From Octopus vulgaris (lineage: Eukaryota), in the NCBI GenBank assembly GCA_951406725.2, contig OX597838.1, positions 21,576,001 through 21,640,000 of the forward strand: DNA of 64,000 nt, given 5' to 3'. The notes below the pieces were generated by a model. It saw only the letters and a program-made list of their open reading frames with translations. It had not been told where the DNA came from and did not search any database. The position numbers were made by a program, and so were the translations under genes. Below, piece by piece: positions 41,391 to 55,988 of the stretch (positions are counted from its first letter, which is position 1; each line of letters opens with the position of its first letter).

Positions 41391-41828
41391 TGATGATGAT
41401 GACGACGACGATGATGATGATGATGATGAGGATGAGGATGAGGATGATGATGAAGGGGAGGATGGTGAAGAGGATAATGTCAACGACAACGACGACGACG
41501 ATCATAATCATGAGGGTGTTGATGCTGCTGCTGATGATGACGATGATTATGATGATGATGATGATGATGATGACGATGATGATGATGATGAGGGTGTTGC
41601 TGCTGCTGCTGCTGCTGCTACTGCAGCTACTGATGATGATGATTATGATGATGACGATGATGACGATGATGATGATGAAGATGATGATGCCGACGACAGC
41701 GACGACGATGATAATGAGTTTGATGAGTGTCGATGATGGTGATGAAAATGAAGAGGAGGAAGAGGGGGAGGATAGGCGTGCAACGTGGCTATAACATATA
41801 TGATCACAATATCTATATAATGATCTTG

Positions 41829-42142
41829 GGGCCGGCGAGCTGGCTGGATCGTTAGCACCCCGAACAGAATGCTTAGTGGCATTTGCCTGTCTTTACGTTG
41901 CGAGTTCAAATTCTGCCAAGGTCGACTTTGCTTTTCATCCCTCTCGGGGTCGAAATTGCTGGTTTTGTGCCAAAATTCGAAATCAATATTAAATGGTCAT
42001 TGAATTCCACCGGGGTCTACTTTGCCTACCATCCTTTCAGGGGTCAATAAAATAAGGACCGGTCGAACACTGGGGGTCGATGTAATTGAGTTACCCCCAC
42101 CCCCACCCTTCTGCCTTCTGCCAAAATTTGAAACAAATATTA
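41829..42142 (+). mobile_element. SINE family B with partial 3' duplication
   Basis: Head ggcgagctggctggatcgttagc; two gcNtttcatccNtt units. Confidence 0.7.
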
Positions 42143-42154
42143 AATGGTCGTTAA

Positions 42155-42682
42155 CCTTTTAGCATGTAAACCCGCCGTTTATCAGGCCCTCAACTCGTTT
42201 TATGTTCAATCAGGCCTAATCCAGCCTTTCACTCTAAGCCTACAATGTCATTCTGGAAATAAACAACGACATCATCGAAATCTCAAAGCTATAAGATTAA
42301 TTAAAAGCAATGTGAATAAATAAGCATTACATTTTACAGCGTAATTTGAATGCTAAAGGATTTAACAGGCCATATCTGCCCTCTCGGACCAAGCCTACAA
42401 TGTCATTCTAGAAATAAGTAACCATATCATCGAAATCTGAAAGCTACAAAACAATGCATGATTAATTCAAAACAATGTTCATAAATAAACATTACATTTG
42501 ACAGAGTAATCTGAATGCTAAAGAGGTTAACTGGCCATCTCTGGCCTTTCACACTTATCCTACAATGTCATTCTTAAAATAAACAGTCGAAACTTCAGAA
42601 CTACAAGATGATGCACGATTAAATCAAAACAATGTGAATAAATAAGCTTTACATTTGACAGAATAATCTGAATGCTAAACGG
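42155..42682. mobile_element. piggyBac-like MITE with triplicated 3' portion
   Basis: TTAA-ccttttagcat start; three ~160-bp units each ending gaatgctaaa(g)gg-TTAA. Confidence 0.65.
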
Positions 42683-42928
42683 TTAATGTTTTACACTAAA
42701 TTAGGTTATCTACAAGACAGTTTTGTTTTTCTTATGTCGGTGTGTAGAGAAGGGTGAATCGAGATGTCGAATTTGTAAATGAGGAGAAATAGAGGAAGAA
42801 AAGAGAACGATGGAACCACTAGTCTACATCATAATTCTATTATAACCATTCTTATTATTTTATATTACCAGATCTAACAGATGTTTGTCTTTACGTTTCA
42901 CTTCTTTCACATAATTTTCGTTTTCAGT

Positions 42929-44032
42929 AAGGCGGCGAGCTGACAGAAACGTTAGCTCGCCGGGCGAAATGCTTAGCAGTCGACTTTGCCTTTCATCCTT
43001 TCGGGGTCGATAAATTAAGTACCAGTGACGCACTGGGGTCGATGTAATCAACTCGATCCCTTTGTCTGTCCTCGTTTGTCCCCTCTATGTTTAGCCCCTT
43101 GTGGGCAATAAAGAAGTAAGAAACGTTAAGTACCAGTTGCGTACTGGGTCGATCTAATCGACTGGGCCCCGTCCCCCAAAATTTCGGGTCTTGTGCCTAG
43201 AGTAGAAAAAATAATTTCGTTTTCAGTTTCTCATAATGACCCTAAACGGCCCCTAATCGACTTAATCCGTTTGTCTGTCCTTATTTGTCCCTTCCGTGTT
43301 TAGACCCTTGTGGGTAGTAAAGAAATAGGTATTTTGTCTGCCGCTACGTTCTGAGTTCAAATTCCGCCGAGGTCGACTTTGCCTTTCATCCTTTCGGGGT
43401 CGATTAAATAAGTATCAGTTACGCACTGGGGTCGATATAATCGACTTAATCCGTTTGTCTGTCCTTGTTTGTCCCTTCTGTATTTAGCCCCTTGTGGGTA
43501 GTAAAGAAATAGGTATTTCGTCTGCCGCTACGTTCTGAGTTCAAATTCCGCCGAGGTCGACTTTGCCTTTCATCCTTTCGGGGTCGATAAATTAAGTACC
43601 AGTTACACACTGGGGTCGATGTAATTGACTTAATACCTTTGTTTGTCCCCTCTATGTTTAGCCCCTTGTGGGCAATAAAGAAATAAGAAACGTTAGCACG
43701 CAGGGCGAAATGCTTAGCAGTATTTCGTCTGTTGTTACGTTCTGAGTTCAAATTCCACTGAGGTCGACTTTACCTTTCATCCTTTCGGGGCCGATAAATT
43801 AAGTACCAGTGACGCACTGGGGTCGATGTAATCAACTTAATCCCTTTGTCTGTCCTCGTTTGTCCCCTCTATGTTTAGCCCCTTGTGGGTAATAAAGAAG
43901 TAAGAAACGTTAAGTACCAGTTGCGTACTGGGTCGATCTAATCGACTGGGCCCCCTCCCCCAAAATTTCGGGTCTTGTGCTTAGAGTAGAAAAAAAAATT
44001 TCATTTTCATTTTCCATAATGACCCTAAACGG
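42929..44032 (+). mobile_element. SINE family B multimer/tandem array
   Basis: Four or more copies of the B-box/Nin-like unit; candidate TSD ataattt(t)cgttttcagt at 42911 and 43211; flank cataatgaccctaaacggc duplicated. Confidence 0.85.
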
Positions 44033-45729
44033 CACCTCAAACAGGTCCCTAAAAGTACCATGCTACTAAAAAATATATTAGAAACATATTTATCTTTTAG
44101 CTTGTGCTTGTTTCAGTCATTGGACTGCGACCATGCTGATGCACCGCCTTCAAAATATTTAGTCAAACAAATCGGTCCCAGTATTTTAAAAAAATTTATA
44201 CTACTGGATAAATATTCGGAGGTGGCAGTGGTGGTGGGGGTGGATGGAGATGGTCGATCGATTAGTCGATCCCAATGCTCGGCTCGTACTTATTTCATCG
44301 ACCCCCCTCCCAAAAGGATGAAAGACAAAGTCGACCTCGGCGGGATTTGAACTCAAAACGTATGTAATTAGTCGGGATGTCACGCAGCAGAATCGAACCG
44401 GGACCTCGCGATGCGAAGTAAACATCTATCACATTCATGTACCTAAACACACACGACACAGATACATACATATACATTCATGCATACATACACATACATA
44501 CATACATACACATACACGCATACAAACATACACACATACACAGACATACTTACACACATACATGCATACATATACATACACACATACATACACACATACA
44601 TACATACACGCATACATACATACATACATACACATACATACATGTGTGCATACATAGATACATACACACATACCAACATACAGACATACAGCCAAACATT
44701 CATACATACACACACATACATACACATTCATACAAACACACATGCATACATACATATATATATATATATACATACATACATGCATACATACATAGATACA
44801 CAGATACATGCATAATACACACATATATGCATACATATATACATACATACATACATATATACATACATACATACGTACGTACAATACTAAATACATACAT
44901 ACATACATACATACATACATACATACATACATACATACATACATACATACATACATACATACATGTATACATACACACTGACATAACCAAGACAGCTTCA
45001 TCATGGCGTCTAATTCCAGAAATTAGAAATACGCATTTGAACAACCGAGAACCATTAATGGCATCGTGATGTGTTTAAATGTGTCAGCGTTTAAGCGTTT
45101 AAGCGATACTCTTGAAATGCCGAACGTTTCGGGCACTGGAATGGATCCACTTTCTAGTGTTTGACAGATTCAATTTGTGTTGTAAGTGGTAAAGTCGAAA
45201 TATGCAAAACTTCACGAACATTCAACGTACAGATCTTTACTGTTGTCGTTATTCGAATTCCTTTGTTTTCTTAGCAACCAGAGCTGTTCTTTGGAAGAGG
45301 AGTAGGAGCAGGAGGAGAGAGAGAGAGAGAGAGGGTGGGGTCTCAAAGAACTGAGAAAAGCAAAGTAACATATTTTGTACAACCGTATGTATGTATGTGT
45401 GTGTGTGTGTGTGTGTATGTGTGTGGTAATTACAGATATATGCTTGTAAATTAATATTCTTCTTCTCCTTCGTTGTGTGGCTCTCTCGACTGCCACTCTG
45501 TCTGTGTGTCTGTCCGACTATCTCTCTTTCTCTCTCTCTCTCTCTATTTATCTATCTATCTCTGTTTCTGTCTCTGTCTCTGTCTCTCTCGCCGCTTTCT
45601 AAGCTGTCAGTGATCAAAGAACACGAAACATCTTACGAATATCTGCATCATTCCATCCCTACCATAAGCATGCTGGTGCCCCAGCATGGCCACAGTCTAA
45701 TAACTGGAACAAGTAAAAGAACAAGGGAA

Positions 45730-45761
<32 letters not shown>

Positions 45762-45930
45762 CGTGTATTTATATATGTATGTGTGTGTGCGCGAGACTGT
45801 ATTTAAATACGAGGGGCTGGTGGAAAATTCCTGACTTTAGATAAAAGAAAATGCAGAACGATAGACAGAGAGACAGACGGGCGGACGGGCAGAGAGACGG
45901 CAGACATATATATATATATATATATATATA

Positions 45931-46180
45931 TAAATGCGCCCTTTTAAAGCCTAGCAAGGCTCATGGGCCCGGTTTCCCGGTTTCTATGGCGTACGTGTTC
46001 CCCAGCTGGACGGGACGCCAGTCCATCGCAGCGTTACTCATTTTTGCCAGCTGAGTGGACTGGAGCAACGTGAAATGAAGTGTTTTGCTCAAGAACACAA
46101 CACATTGTCCGGTCCGGGAATCGAAACCACAATCTTACGATCATGGTGCTGACACCCTAACCACTAAGCCACGCGCCTCC
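45931..46180 (-). mobile_element. SINE family C, tail variant 2 (Meta-SINE-like)
   Basis: Head ggaggcgcgtggcttagtggttagg; core ttcacgttgctccagtccactcagctggcaaaaatgagta; tail gcgatggactggcgtcccgtccag...agaaaccggg. Confidence 0.8.
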
Positions 46181-46379
46181 ACACATACACACACACGCAC
46201 ACACACACACACACACACACATATGTATGTATATATATGTAAAAGTAAAAAAAACATACAAACTGGGACAAGAACGTGAAACATTTAGAAGACGACACAA
46301 AAAACACGGATGGGACATTCGAAGCCCTCAATCATCAGTCAAGAACCGGATCATCTTCGCAATTTCGGCTGATTAATCT

Positions 46380-46467
<88 letters not shown>

Positions 46468-46930
46468 AGAGAGATAGAGAGATAAATAGATAGATAGACA
46501 GACAGACAGACGCTTTACAGAGAAATAGTTAAATTTGCCATGTTCGTGCATTTGCTATGTAGTTTTACATGCGTCATACCTTGTCACTGTGTAAATTGAG
46601 AAACCTGTTGACTGGCCTCTGACATTGAATTAAAGTGTCCAACAATTCGGGCATGCAAATTAGCCGGCGCGATTGGATTACATGTCGCGATTGGATTACA
46701 TGTGCAATATAAACGGTTTGACTGACCTCCTTCCTATCTCCGGCTTGATCAAGTGATTTTTCAAAAATTTATTTTATTTTATTTTTCATTTGTTTCAGTC
46801 GTTTGACTGCGGCCATGCTTGAGCACCGCCTTTTCAGTCGAACAAATCGACCCCAGGACATGTATTTTGTAAGCCTAGTACTTATTCTATCGGTTTCTTT
46901 TTGTCGAACCGCCAAGTTACAGAGTCGTAA

Positions 46931-46964
<34 letters not shown>

Positions 46965-47120
46965 CCTCTGTCTTTCCTTCTCTAGATCTTTCCTTCTCCT
47001 ATGTTTCCGACGAAGAGCTCCGCTCGAAACGTTAAACCCTCCTTCTTCCCTCCTTTCCTGAGCGTCCAATAATACTATATTTGTTCCACGTCTTCGCGTT
47101 GTTGTGTTTTTTTTTGTGTT
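46965..47120 (+). mobile_element. Penelope-like element P2 with variant hammerhead (47003-47037)
   Basis: gttt-CCGACGA-a-gagc tcc gctc-GAAAC-GTT-aaac; degenerate paralogue at 19110-19200. Confidence 0.6.
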
Positions 47121-47138
47121 TTCTTGTTTGGATTAACT

Positions 47139-47173
<35 letters not shown>

Positions 47174-47174
47174 C

Positions 47175-47275
<101 letters not shown>

Positions 47276-47288
47276 TATACACACACAG

Positions 47289-47448
47289 CAGTCTTCTTTC
47301 AGTTTCCGTCTAACAAATCCACTCAAGAGGCTTTGGTCGGCCTGAGGTTATTGTAGAAGACACTTGCCCGAGGAGCCGCGCAGTGGGACTGAACCCGGAA
47401 CCATATGGTTGGAAAGCAAGCTTCTTACTACACAGCCACTCTTGCGCC
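47289..47448 (-). mobile_element. SINE family A, 5' half
   Basis: Reverse complement of the A head; a 3' module in the same orientation lies at 46790-46935. Confidence 0.8.
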
Positions 47449-47874
47449 TTATATAGCCACTCCTATCTCTGATGAATATTCAAGACGTATCGAGAATCGA
47501 TTAAGGCTGCTGCGTATCATTTAAAAAAAACATATATATTTATCCAGTCTATGGAGAATTAGTTAAATTCGTCCATGTTTGTATGTCTGCTGTGTAGATT
47601 TAAAATACAGACAAACAGACAGACAAATGTTTGTTTGTGTGTGTGTATATGCAGCCATCAATTATTAAACAATATCAAAAGATTCACACGTATCGCTTAT
47701 TGTTACGAACGTAGTGACCTCACGCCACCTCATGCGTACGTATCTAACACAACGGGCATCTGCGTTGGCTTTACACATTGCTCCCCTTCTATGTATGTAT
47801 GTATGTATGTATGTATGTATGTATGTATGTATGTATGTATGTATGTATGTATACATTTATCTGTCTGTCTGTCC

Positions 47875-47938
<64 letters not shown>

Positions 47939-47965
47939 CTCTCTCTCTCTCTCTCTCTCTGTCTG

Positions 47966-48013
<48 letters not shown>

Positions 48014-48037
48014 CCTACCTACCTACCTACCTACCTC

Positions 48038-49055
<1,018 letters not shown>

Positions 49056-49420
49056 ACACTTATCTATCTATTAATGTATGTATGTATGTATGTATGTATG
49101 TATGTCTGTCTGTATGTATGTCTGTCTGTCTGTATGTATGTATGTATGTATCTATCTATCTATCTATGTAATACACACACAAATGCCCATACACACACAC
49201 ACACACACACCCACATTCTTTTGTTCTTTTATTCTGTTACTTGTCTCAGTCATATGACTGCGGCTATCCTGGAGCATCGCCTGTATATATAGAAAAACAA
49301 TAGGCATGACAAGGGGATTCACACGGGAATCGCTCTACCCTCTGTAGCCTCTTCAGTCGCTGAAGTGTCTTCTACTATAACCTCGTGCCGACCAAATCCT
49401 TCAGAGTGGATTTGGTTGAC

Positions 49421-49500
<80 letters not shown>

Positions 49501-49528
49501 TATTTAATGGACACAATACTAGTTATTA

Positions 49529-49591
49529 TGTGCTACTAATAGTTTCATAGTTTCATACGTTGTGAAATACCCCAGACATTCATCAGGCACA
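49529..49591 (-). ncRNA. Type-I hammerhead motif, degenerate stem II
   Basis: Minus strand: tgtgc-CTGATGA-...-GAAAC-tatta-GTA-gcaca; an 8-nt duplication repeats GAAAC. Confidence 0.55.
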
Positions 49592-50106
49592 ACCCACACA
49601 TCATAACCTACCTAATGTCTTTCTTGCAAGAGGGAATTAACCAATTATTTTCAAGCTGTTGATTCTATATGCCATGTCGCTCGAAGACAGTTTTTATAGT
49701 GAGGAGAAATAATATGAATGATATAATGGCCTTATAGCGGTTTTGGCTGCTATTTTTAACATGTAAGGTTTTTTAAAAATCCTCTTAGTTATAATTGTGC
49801 CTTGTTCATAATTATAAACGTTTTTCTTCTTTATATTTTATGATAACATGTTTGGCCATTGATGTATTCATAAATAAGCTTAATTATTTATAATATATCC
49901 TTCGCAATGTTTTTACATTACCCAAGTCTAAAAAGTGGGATTGGATAGCAGAGACTGATTCATTTTAAAACTAAAAAGCACAGGCAGGAAGAAAAGCCCT
50001 TCAAGGTCAGGAATCAGTTTACATAACCACTTGAGACTGACGTCATCATCACTGATGGCAGAGTAACTTTGAAGTCACTGTCGACGAAGTTGTATGTATA
50101 TATATA

Positions 50107-50267
50107 CAGGAGTGGCTGTGTGGTAAGTAGCTTGTTTACCAACCACATGGCTCTGGGTTCAGTCCCACTGAGTGGCACCTTGGGCAAGTGTCTTCTACTA
50201 TAGCCTCGGGCCGACCAAAGCCTTGTGAGTGAATTTGGTAGACGGAAACTGAAAGAAGCCTTTCGTA

Positions 50268-50314
<47 letters not shown>

Positions 50315-50530
50315 ATGTGTTTGTGTGTCTGTGTTTGTCCCCCTAGCATTGCTTGACAACCGATGCTGGTGTGTTTATGTCCCCGTTACTTAGCGGTTCG
50401 GCAAAAGAGACCAATAAAATAAGTCTGGGGCTTACAAAAGAATAAGTCCTGGGGTCGATTTGCTCGATTAAAGGCGGTGCTTCAGCATGGCCGCAGTCAA
50501 ATGACTGAAACAAGTAAAAGAGTAAAAGAG
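50107..50530 (+). mobile_element. SINE family A, full length
   Basis: Matches 22579-23036. Confidence 0.9.
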
Positions 50531-50532
50531 AG

Positions 50533-50567
<35 letters not shown>

Positions 50568-50785
50568 GTGTGTGTGTGTAAATTTAATTAAAAGTTAAAT
50601 TAGCTTCATTAAGGGTTGGTATCAACCAATGAATTGAAACAGCTGTAAGGGATCATGTTTAATTTTTGCAGATAATAAATTTTAACTAAATGTTATAACT
50701 CCATTTCCTTAATTTGCTTGATAAATATATATATATACATATACATACATACATACATACATACATACATACATACATACATACA

Positions 50786-50817
<32 letters not shown>

Positions 50818-51543
50818 GATCTACACACACACATATTTATACACGCACACACACACACACACATATATATTTATAAATGATCTGTTTGTCTATCTATGAG
50901 TGCATATATGTGTGTGTATGAATATTTGATTGGGGGTGGCCGTAGCGGCGGTGGCGGAGGCAGTTGCTGCAGCGCCGCGCTGCACCACATCCTATTGGGG
51001 GCTGATGATTGTTGTTGTTGTTGTTGTTTTTGTGGTGGTGGTGGTGGTGGTGGTGGTGGAGCTGTTAGTGTTACAGGCGTTGTGTCACCTTTTGATAAAG
51101 CAAGACTCAATTGTCAGCTCATCTGATACATTCCTTGTAAATGGTCTAGACGTGAGTGAACGTGTAGCGACATCTGGCGAACGATGCGGTGACTTTTGTG
51201 TGTTTTGAGACGGTAGGCGGTAAAAGGAAAGGGGTGATGGGCACAGCTGGATAGGGAGATGAGGCCATAAACAAATGGATAGGTAAATAAACCGATAGAC
51301 AGACACGCTGACAGATAGACATGCGTGTGCTTGTGTGTGTGCTGTGAAAAGTTTCTGTCTTTAAGGGTGTCGTAAAAGGCCTGGTTGGAGGTCGAACCCT
51401 CTGAGTTCCTTTACAAGGCTTAGAAAAACTGAAGGGCCGCTGCAATAAGTGTGTGAATCATAATTAACTGGTTCTCCTCTATTTTCTTTTGCCCTAAGCC
51501 CGGAACTTTTCAGCACCATCTCGTGTGTGTGTGTTTGCGTGTA

Positions 51544-51635
<92 letters not shown>

Positions 51636-51660
51636 CATCCATCTATCTATCCATCCATCC

Positions 51661-51737
<77 letters not shown>

Positions 51738-51768
51738 CCTACTTATCTATCTGTCTATCTATCTATTC

Positions 51769-51842
<74 letters not shown>

Positions 51843-51854
51843 ATATATATATAT

Positions 51855-52175
51855 GAAGGCGCGTGGCTTAGAGGTTAGGGCATTCCGCTCACGATCCCAA
51901 GGTCGTGAGTTCAATTCCTGGCGACGCGTTGTGTCCTTGAGCAAGACACTTTATTTCACGTTGCTCCAGTCCACTCAGCTGGCAAAAATGAGTAGTATCT
52001 GTATTTCAAAAGGGCCAGCCTTCTCACACTCTGTGTCACGCTGAATCTCCCTGAGAACTACATTAAGGCTACACGTGTCTGTGGAGCGCTCAACCACTTG
52101 CACGTTAATTTCACTAGCAAGCTGTTTCGTTGATCGTATCAGCTGCGACCTTCGTTGTCGCAACCGACGGAGTGC
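51855..52175 (+). mobile_element. SINE family C, tail variant 1, full length
   Basis: A/B boxes, gtgtccttgagcaagacacttt core, tail ending caaccgacggagtgc. Confidence 0.85.
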
Positions 52176-52186
52176 TTCTATTTATG

Positions 52187-52347
52187 CAGGTGTGCTCGTG
52201 TGGTAAAGAGCTTCACTTCCCAACTGCGTGGTTCCGAGTTCAGTTCCGCTGTGTGGCACCTTGGGCATGTGTCTTCTACACTAGCCTCGTGTCGACCAAA
52301 GCCTTGTGAGAGGATTTGGTAGACGGAAACTGAAAGAAGTCCGCCGT
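52187..52347 (+). mobile_element. SINE family A, 5' half
   Basis: Similarity to the A head. Confidence 0.75.
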
Positions 52348-52382
52348 ATATATATATACATATACATATATATATCTATATA

Positions 52383-52427
<45 letters not shown>

Positions 52428-52666
52428 GTATATATATGTATATATATGTTTATATATAGAGAGAGAAAGAAAGAAAGAGAGAGAGATTAGATTGATAAGA
52501 GACATAAGGTAGCCTCACCCCGTTAATCCCGATGATGGCAAAGATTTTAATAGTAATTCATCTTAAAGAATTATGTGTGTGTGTGTGTGTGCCAGTACTT
52601 GAAGCTAAATTCCATCAACATCCATCCAACCAACCATGTATATATATATATATATACATACATATA

Positions 52667-52755
<89 letters not shown>

Positions 52756-52950
52756 CACAATGTATGCATGTATGTATATATGTATCGTCTTCCTGATTGC
52801 ATTGTCAGTGTTTATTTTAAGCCAACGTTTCTTGGTTCCAAAGATTTGAAGAAAAGAAACACAAATATTTATAAATAACAACGCGCGTTTAGTCCTCTTG
52901 AAGAAATTTTGCACACCGATTCACCTTTTAAATTTCCAGAAGTTAGACCA

Positions 52951-53003
<53 letters not shown>

Positions 53004-53029
53004 GATTATTAATATTGTTATTGTTATTA

Positions 53030-53082
<53 letters not shown>

Positions 53083-53148
53083 TGAGTTCCAGATAAACTG
53101 GCGAACTGGCAGAATCGTTATCACATCGGGCAAAACGTTTATTCTTTA

Positions 53149-53404
53149 GCTCTTTTATTTGTTTCAGTTATTTGACTGCGGCCATGCTGGAGCACCGCCA
53201 ATTAGTCGCACAAATCGAACACAGGACTTATTCTTTGGAAGCCTAGTACTTAATCTATCGTTTCCCTTATTGCCGAACTGCTAAGTTACGGGGACGTAAA
53301 CACACCTGTGTCGGTTGTCATGCGATAGTGGTGGTGGTGGTGGGGGGACAAACACAGACACACAAGCATACACACACACTCACACACACAAACACACACA
53401 CACA

Positions 53405-53447
<43 letters not shown>

Positions 53448-53504
53448 TTTGTGAGTGGATTTGGTTGACGGAAACTGAAAGAAGCCCGTCGTATATATGT
53501 ATGA

Positions 53505-53536
<32 letters not shown>

Positions 53537-53686
53537 TTGAGTCTGTGTTTGTCCCCCCAACATCGCTTGAGAACCGATGCTGGTGTGTTTACGTCCACGT
53601 AACTTAGCGGTCCAGGGGTCGATTTGCTCGACTGAAGGCGGTGCTCCAGCATGGCCGCAGTCAAATGACTGAAACAAGTAAAAGAG
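53149..53686. mobile_element. Inverted pair of SINE A fragments
   Basis: 53149-53365 (-) 3' module; 53447-53686 (+) with an internal deletion. Confidence 0.8.
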
Positions 53687-53699
53687 CAAAAGACTAATA

Positions 53700-54940
53700 A
53701 CAATGAGCGTTTAATCGTCTCGAGCATTATTTTTATGGCTGTCAGAACTCTCAAGACGATATTCTACGATGCATTCGACGCACGAGGGCTGATACCTACA
53801 TTTGGTATACTTGACTGCTCTATAGAGGAAAACCACTCCATAGATATTTATACCTACAAGATTCTGAGACATCGAATAGAATCTTCAACAGATGCTGTAA
53901 TACCTCTTCCATCTCTAAGAAGAGATGAAAAAGGCTTAGGCTCTGATTCTGTCTCAAGATTCTGAGACATCGAATGGAATCTTCAACAGATGCTGTGATA
54001 CCTCTTCCATCTCTAAGAAGAGATGAAAAAGGCTTAGGCTCTGATTCTGTCTCAAGATTCTGAGACATCGAATAGAATCTTCAACAGATGCTGTGATACC
54101 GCCTCCATCTCTAAGAAGAGATGAAAGAGGCTGAGGCTCTGATTCTGTCTCAAGATTCTGAGACATCGAATGGAATCTTCAACAGATGCTGTGATACCGC
54201 CTCCATCTCTAAGAAGAGAAGAAAGAGGCTGAGGCTCTGATTCTGTCTCAAGATTCTGAGACATCGAATAGAATCTTCAACAGATGCTGTGATACCTCTT
54301 CCATCTCTAAGAAGAGATGAAAAAGGCTTAGGCTCTGATTCTGTCTCAAGATTCTGAGACATCGAATAGAATCTTCAACAGATGCTGTGATACTGCCTCC
54401 ATCTCTAAGAAGAGATGAAAGAGGCTGAGGCTCTGATTCTATCTCAAGATTCTGAGACATCGAATAGAATCTTCAACAGATTCTGTGATACCTCTTCCAT
54501 CTCTAAGAAGAGAAGAAAGAGGCTGAGGTTCTAAATCAGTGCAGATAACTTTCGAATGTTGTATATTATCTTTCAGACATCACCTGTGAAAGAACAAAAG
54601 CAAAATTATATGCATTAACCTAGGTCCGGAAAGCGGAGAGAGCAACGTCCTACGAAAGCTCCTCAGAGAATACTCTCGTCCTGACAACCTACAACAAAAC
54701 CCCAAAGCAGCTGGACTAACACACCTCAGAGAAGACTTGGATGTAAAATGCTTAGCATACCAAAACATGACTATGCATGGGAGTGTAACCAGAACACTTG
54801 AAGAAGGCAATAATATTGACGTGAAGTGTAGCTGGTCGTGGGCTTGCGACCACAAGATCCTATTTCGGAGGCTATTCGTTTACAGTCCATAAACAGAAGA
54901 TTGTTACCAAATATCTAGTGAACAAAAGAGACAGTGAAGC
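53700..54940 (+). pseudogene. Degenerate RLE-clade (R4/Dong-like) non-LTR retrotransposon RT C-terminal region
   Basis: Motif order LIPTFGILDCSIEE..IDIYTYKIL, then RLHL.RRE..G*G(L)KSVQITFECCILSFRHHL, MHG, NIDVKCSWSW, GYSFTVHKQKIVTKYLVNKR; resembles the RLYLPRxEGGRGL-containing RT thumb region from memory; stops and frameshifts present. Confidence 0.7.
53857..54531 (+). repeat. 98-bp tandem repeat, about 6.9 copies
   Basis: Units start at 53857, 53955, 54053, 54151, 54249, 54347, 54445 (caagattctgagacatcgaat...). Confidence 0.97.
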
Positions 54941-55096
54941 CATTAGGGCCCACAAGATGGGTTTTGATAGAAGGCATCAGACGCAATCAGCAGTTGCCGA
55001 AAAATGTTATCAAGGTAATACTTCTATGAAAAAAAATGGGCTGTCCTGGGATAGATATAGAGACCTTACACCAATCTGTTATTGAATGTGTGTGTG

Positions 55097-55137
<41 letters not shown>

Positions 55138-55672
55138 CGTGCGTGTGTGTTCCACCACTCTTCGACACCACTCTTTGACAGCAGATTGAACCGGGAACCA
55201 TGTGGTTGGGAAGCTTCTTACCTCACAGCTACACCTGCGCCTATATATCGTTGAAAAACTAGAAAGTACATCTGGAAAATTGACAAAAGCCTGCCGGAGC
55301 TAAACTGTTAACACAAGACCTAAGCACATCAGATCAGAGGATTATTGGACCTTTTAGGGGATATTTAGACAGGAAGCAGTCAAAATCCACAGGAGAGCGA
55401 TGGAAAGTTCTCCAATGGGAATGGGGTGTGAAGGGGTATGATTCCGAGAAATTATCTACCAAATTAATAGCTAAGTATTTCACAGGGAACTGAAGCTGAC
55501 TTATCAGCCAGAGACGGATGTCGTAAGGGTTATCAGCTATAAAATTAATCTAGTATCAGATATTTGCCAAATGCACAAGGAAAATTATCTAATGTGTATA
55601 AATTATGTTAAATATATGAAACAAATTTTATCATAGTTTAAATATATTGAAGTAGGGCAGCATATACACACG

Positions 55673-55988
<316 letters not shown>

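Noticed and set aside
46668-46703. 18-bp direct duplication cgcgattggattacatgt
   Set aside because: Only two copies; an ordinary slippage duplication
53857-54531. CRISPR-like array, or repeated 70-aa ORFs (MSQNLETES...)
   Set aside because: Head-to-tail units with no unique spacers, no cas genes, eukaryotic context; the ORFs are a by-product of the 98-bp period
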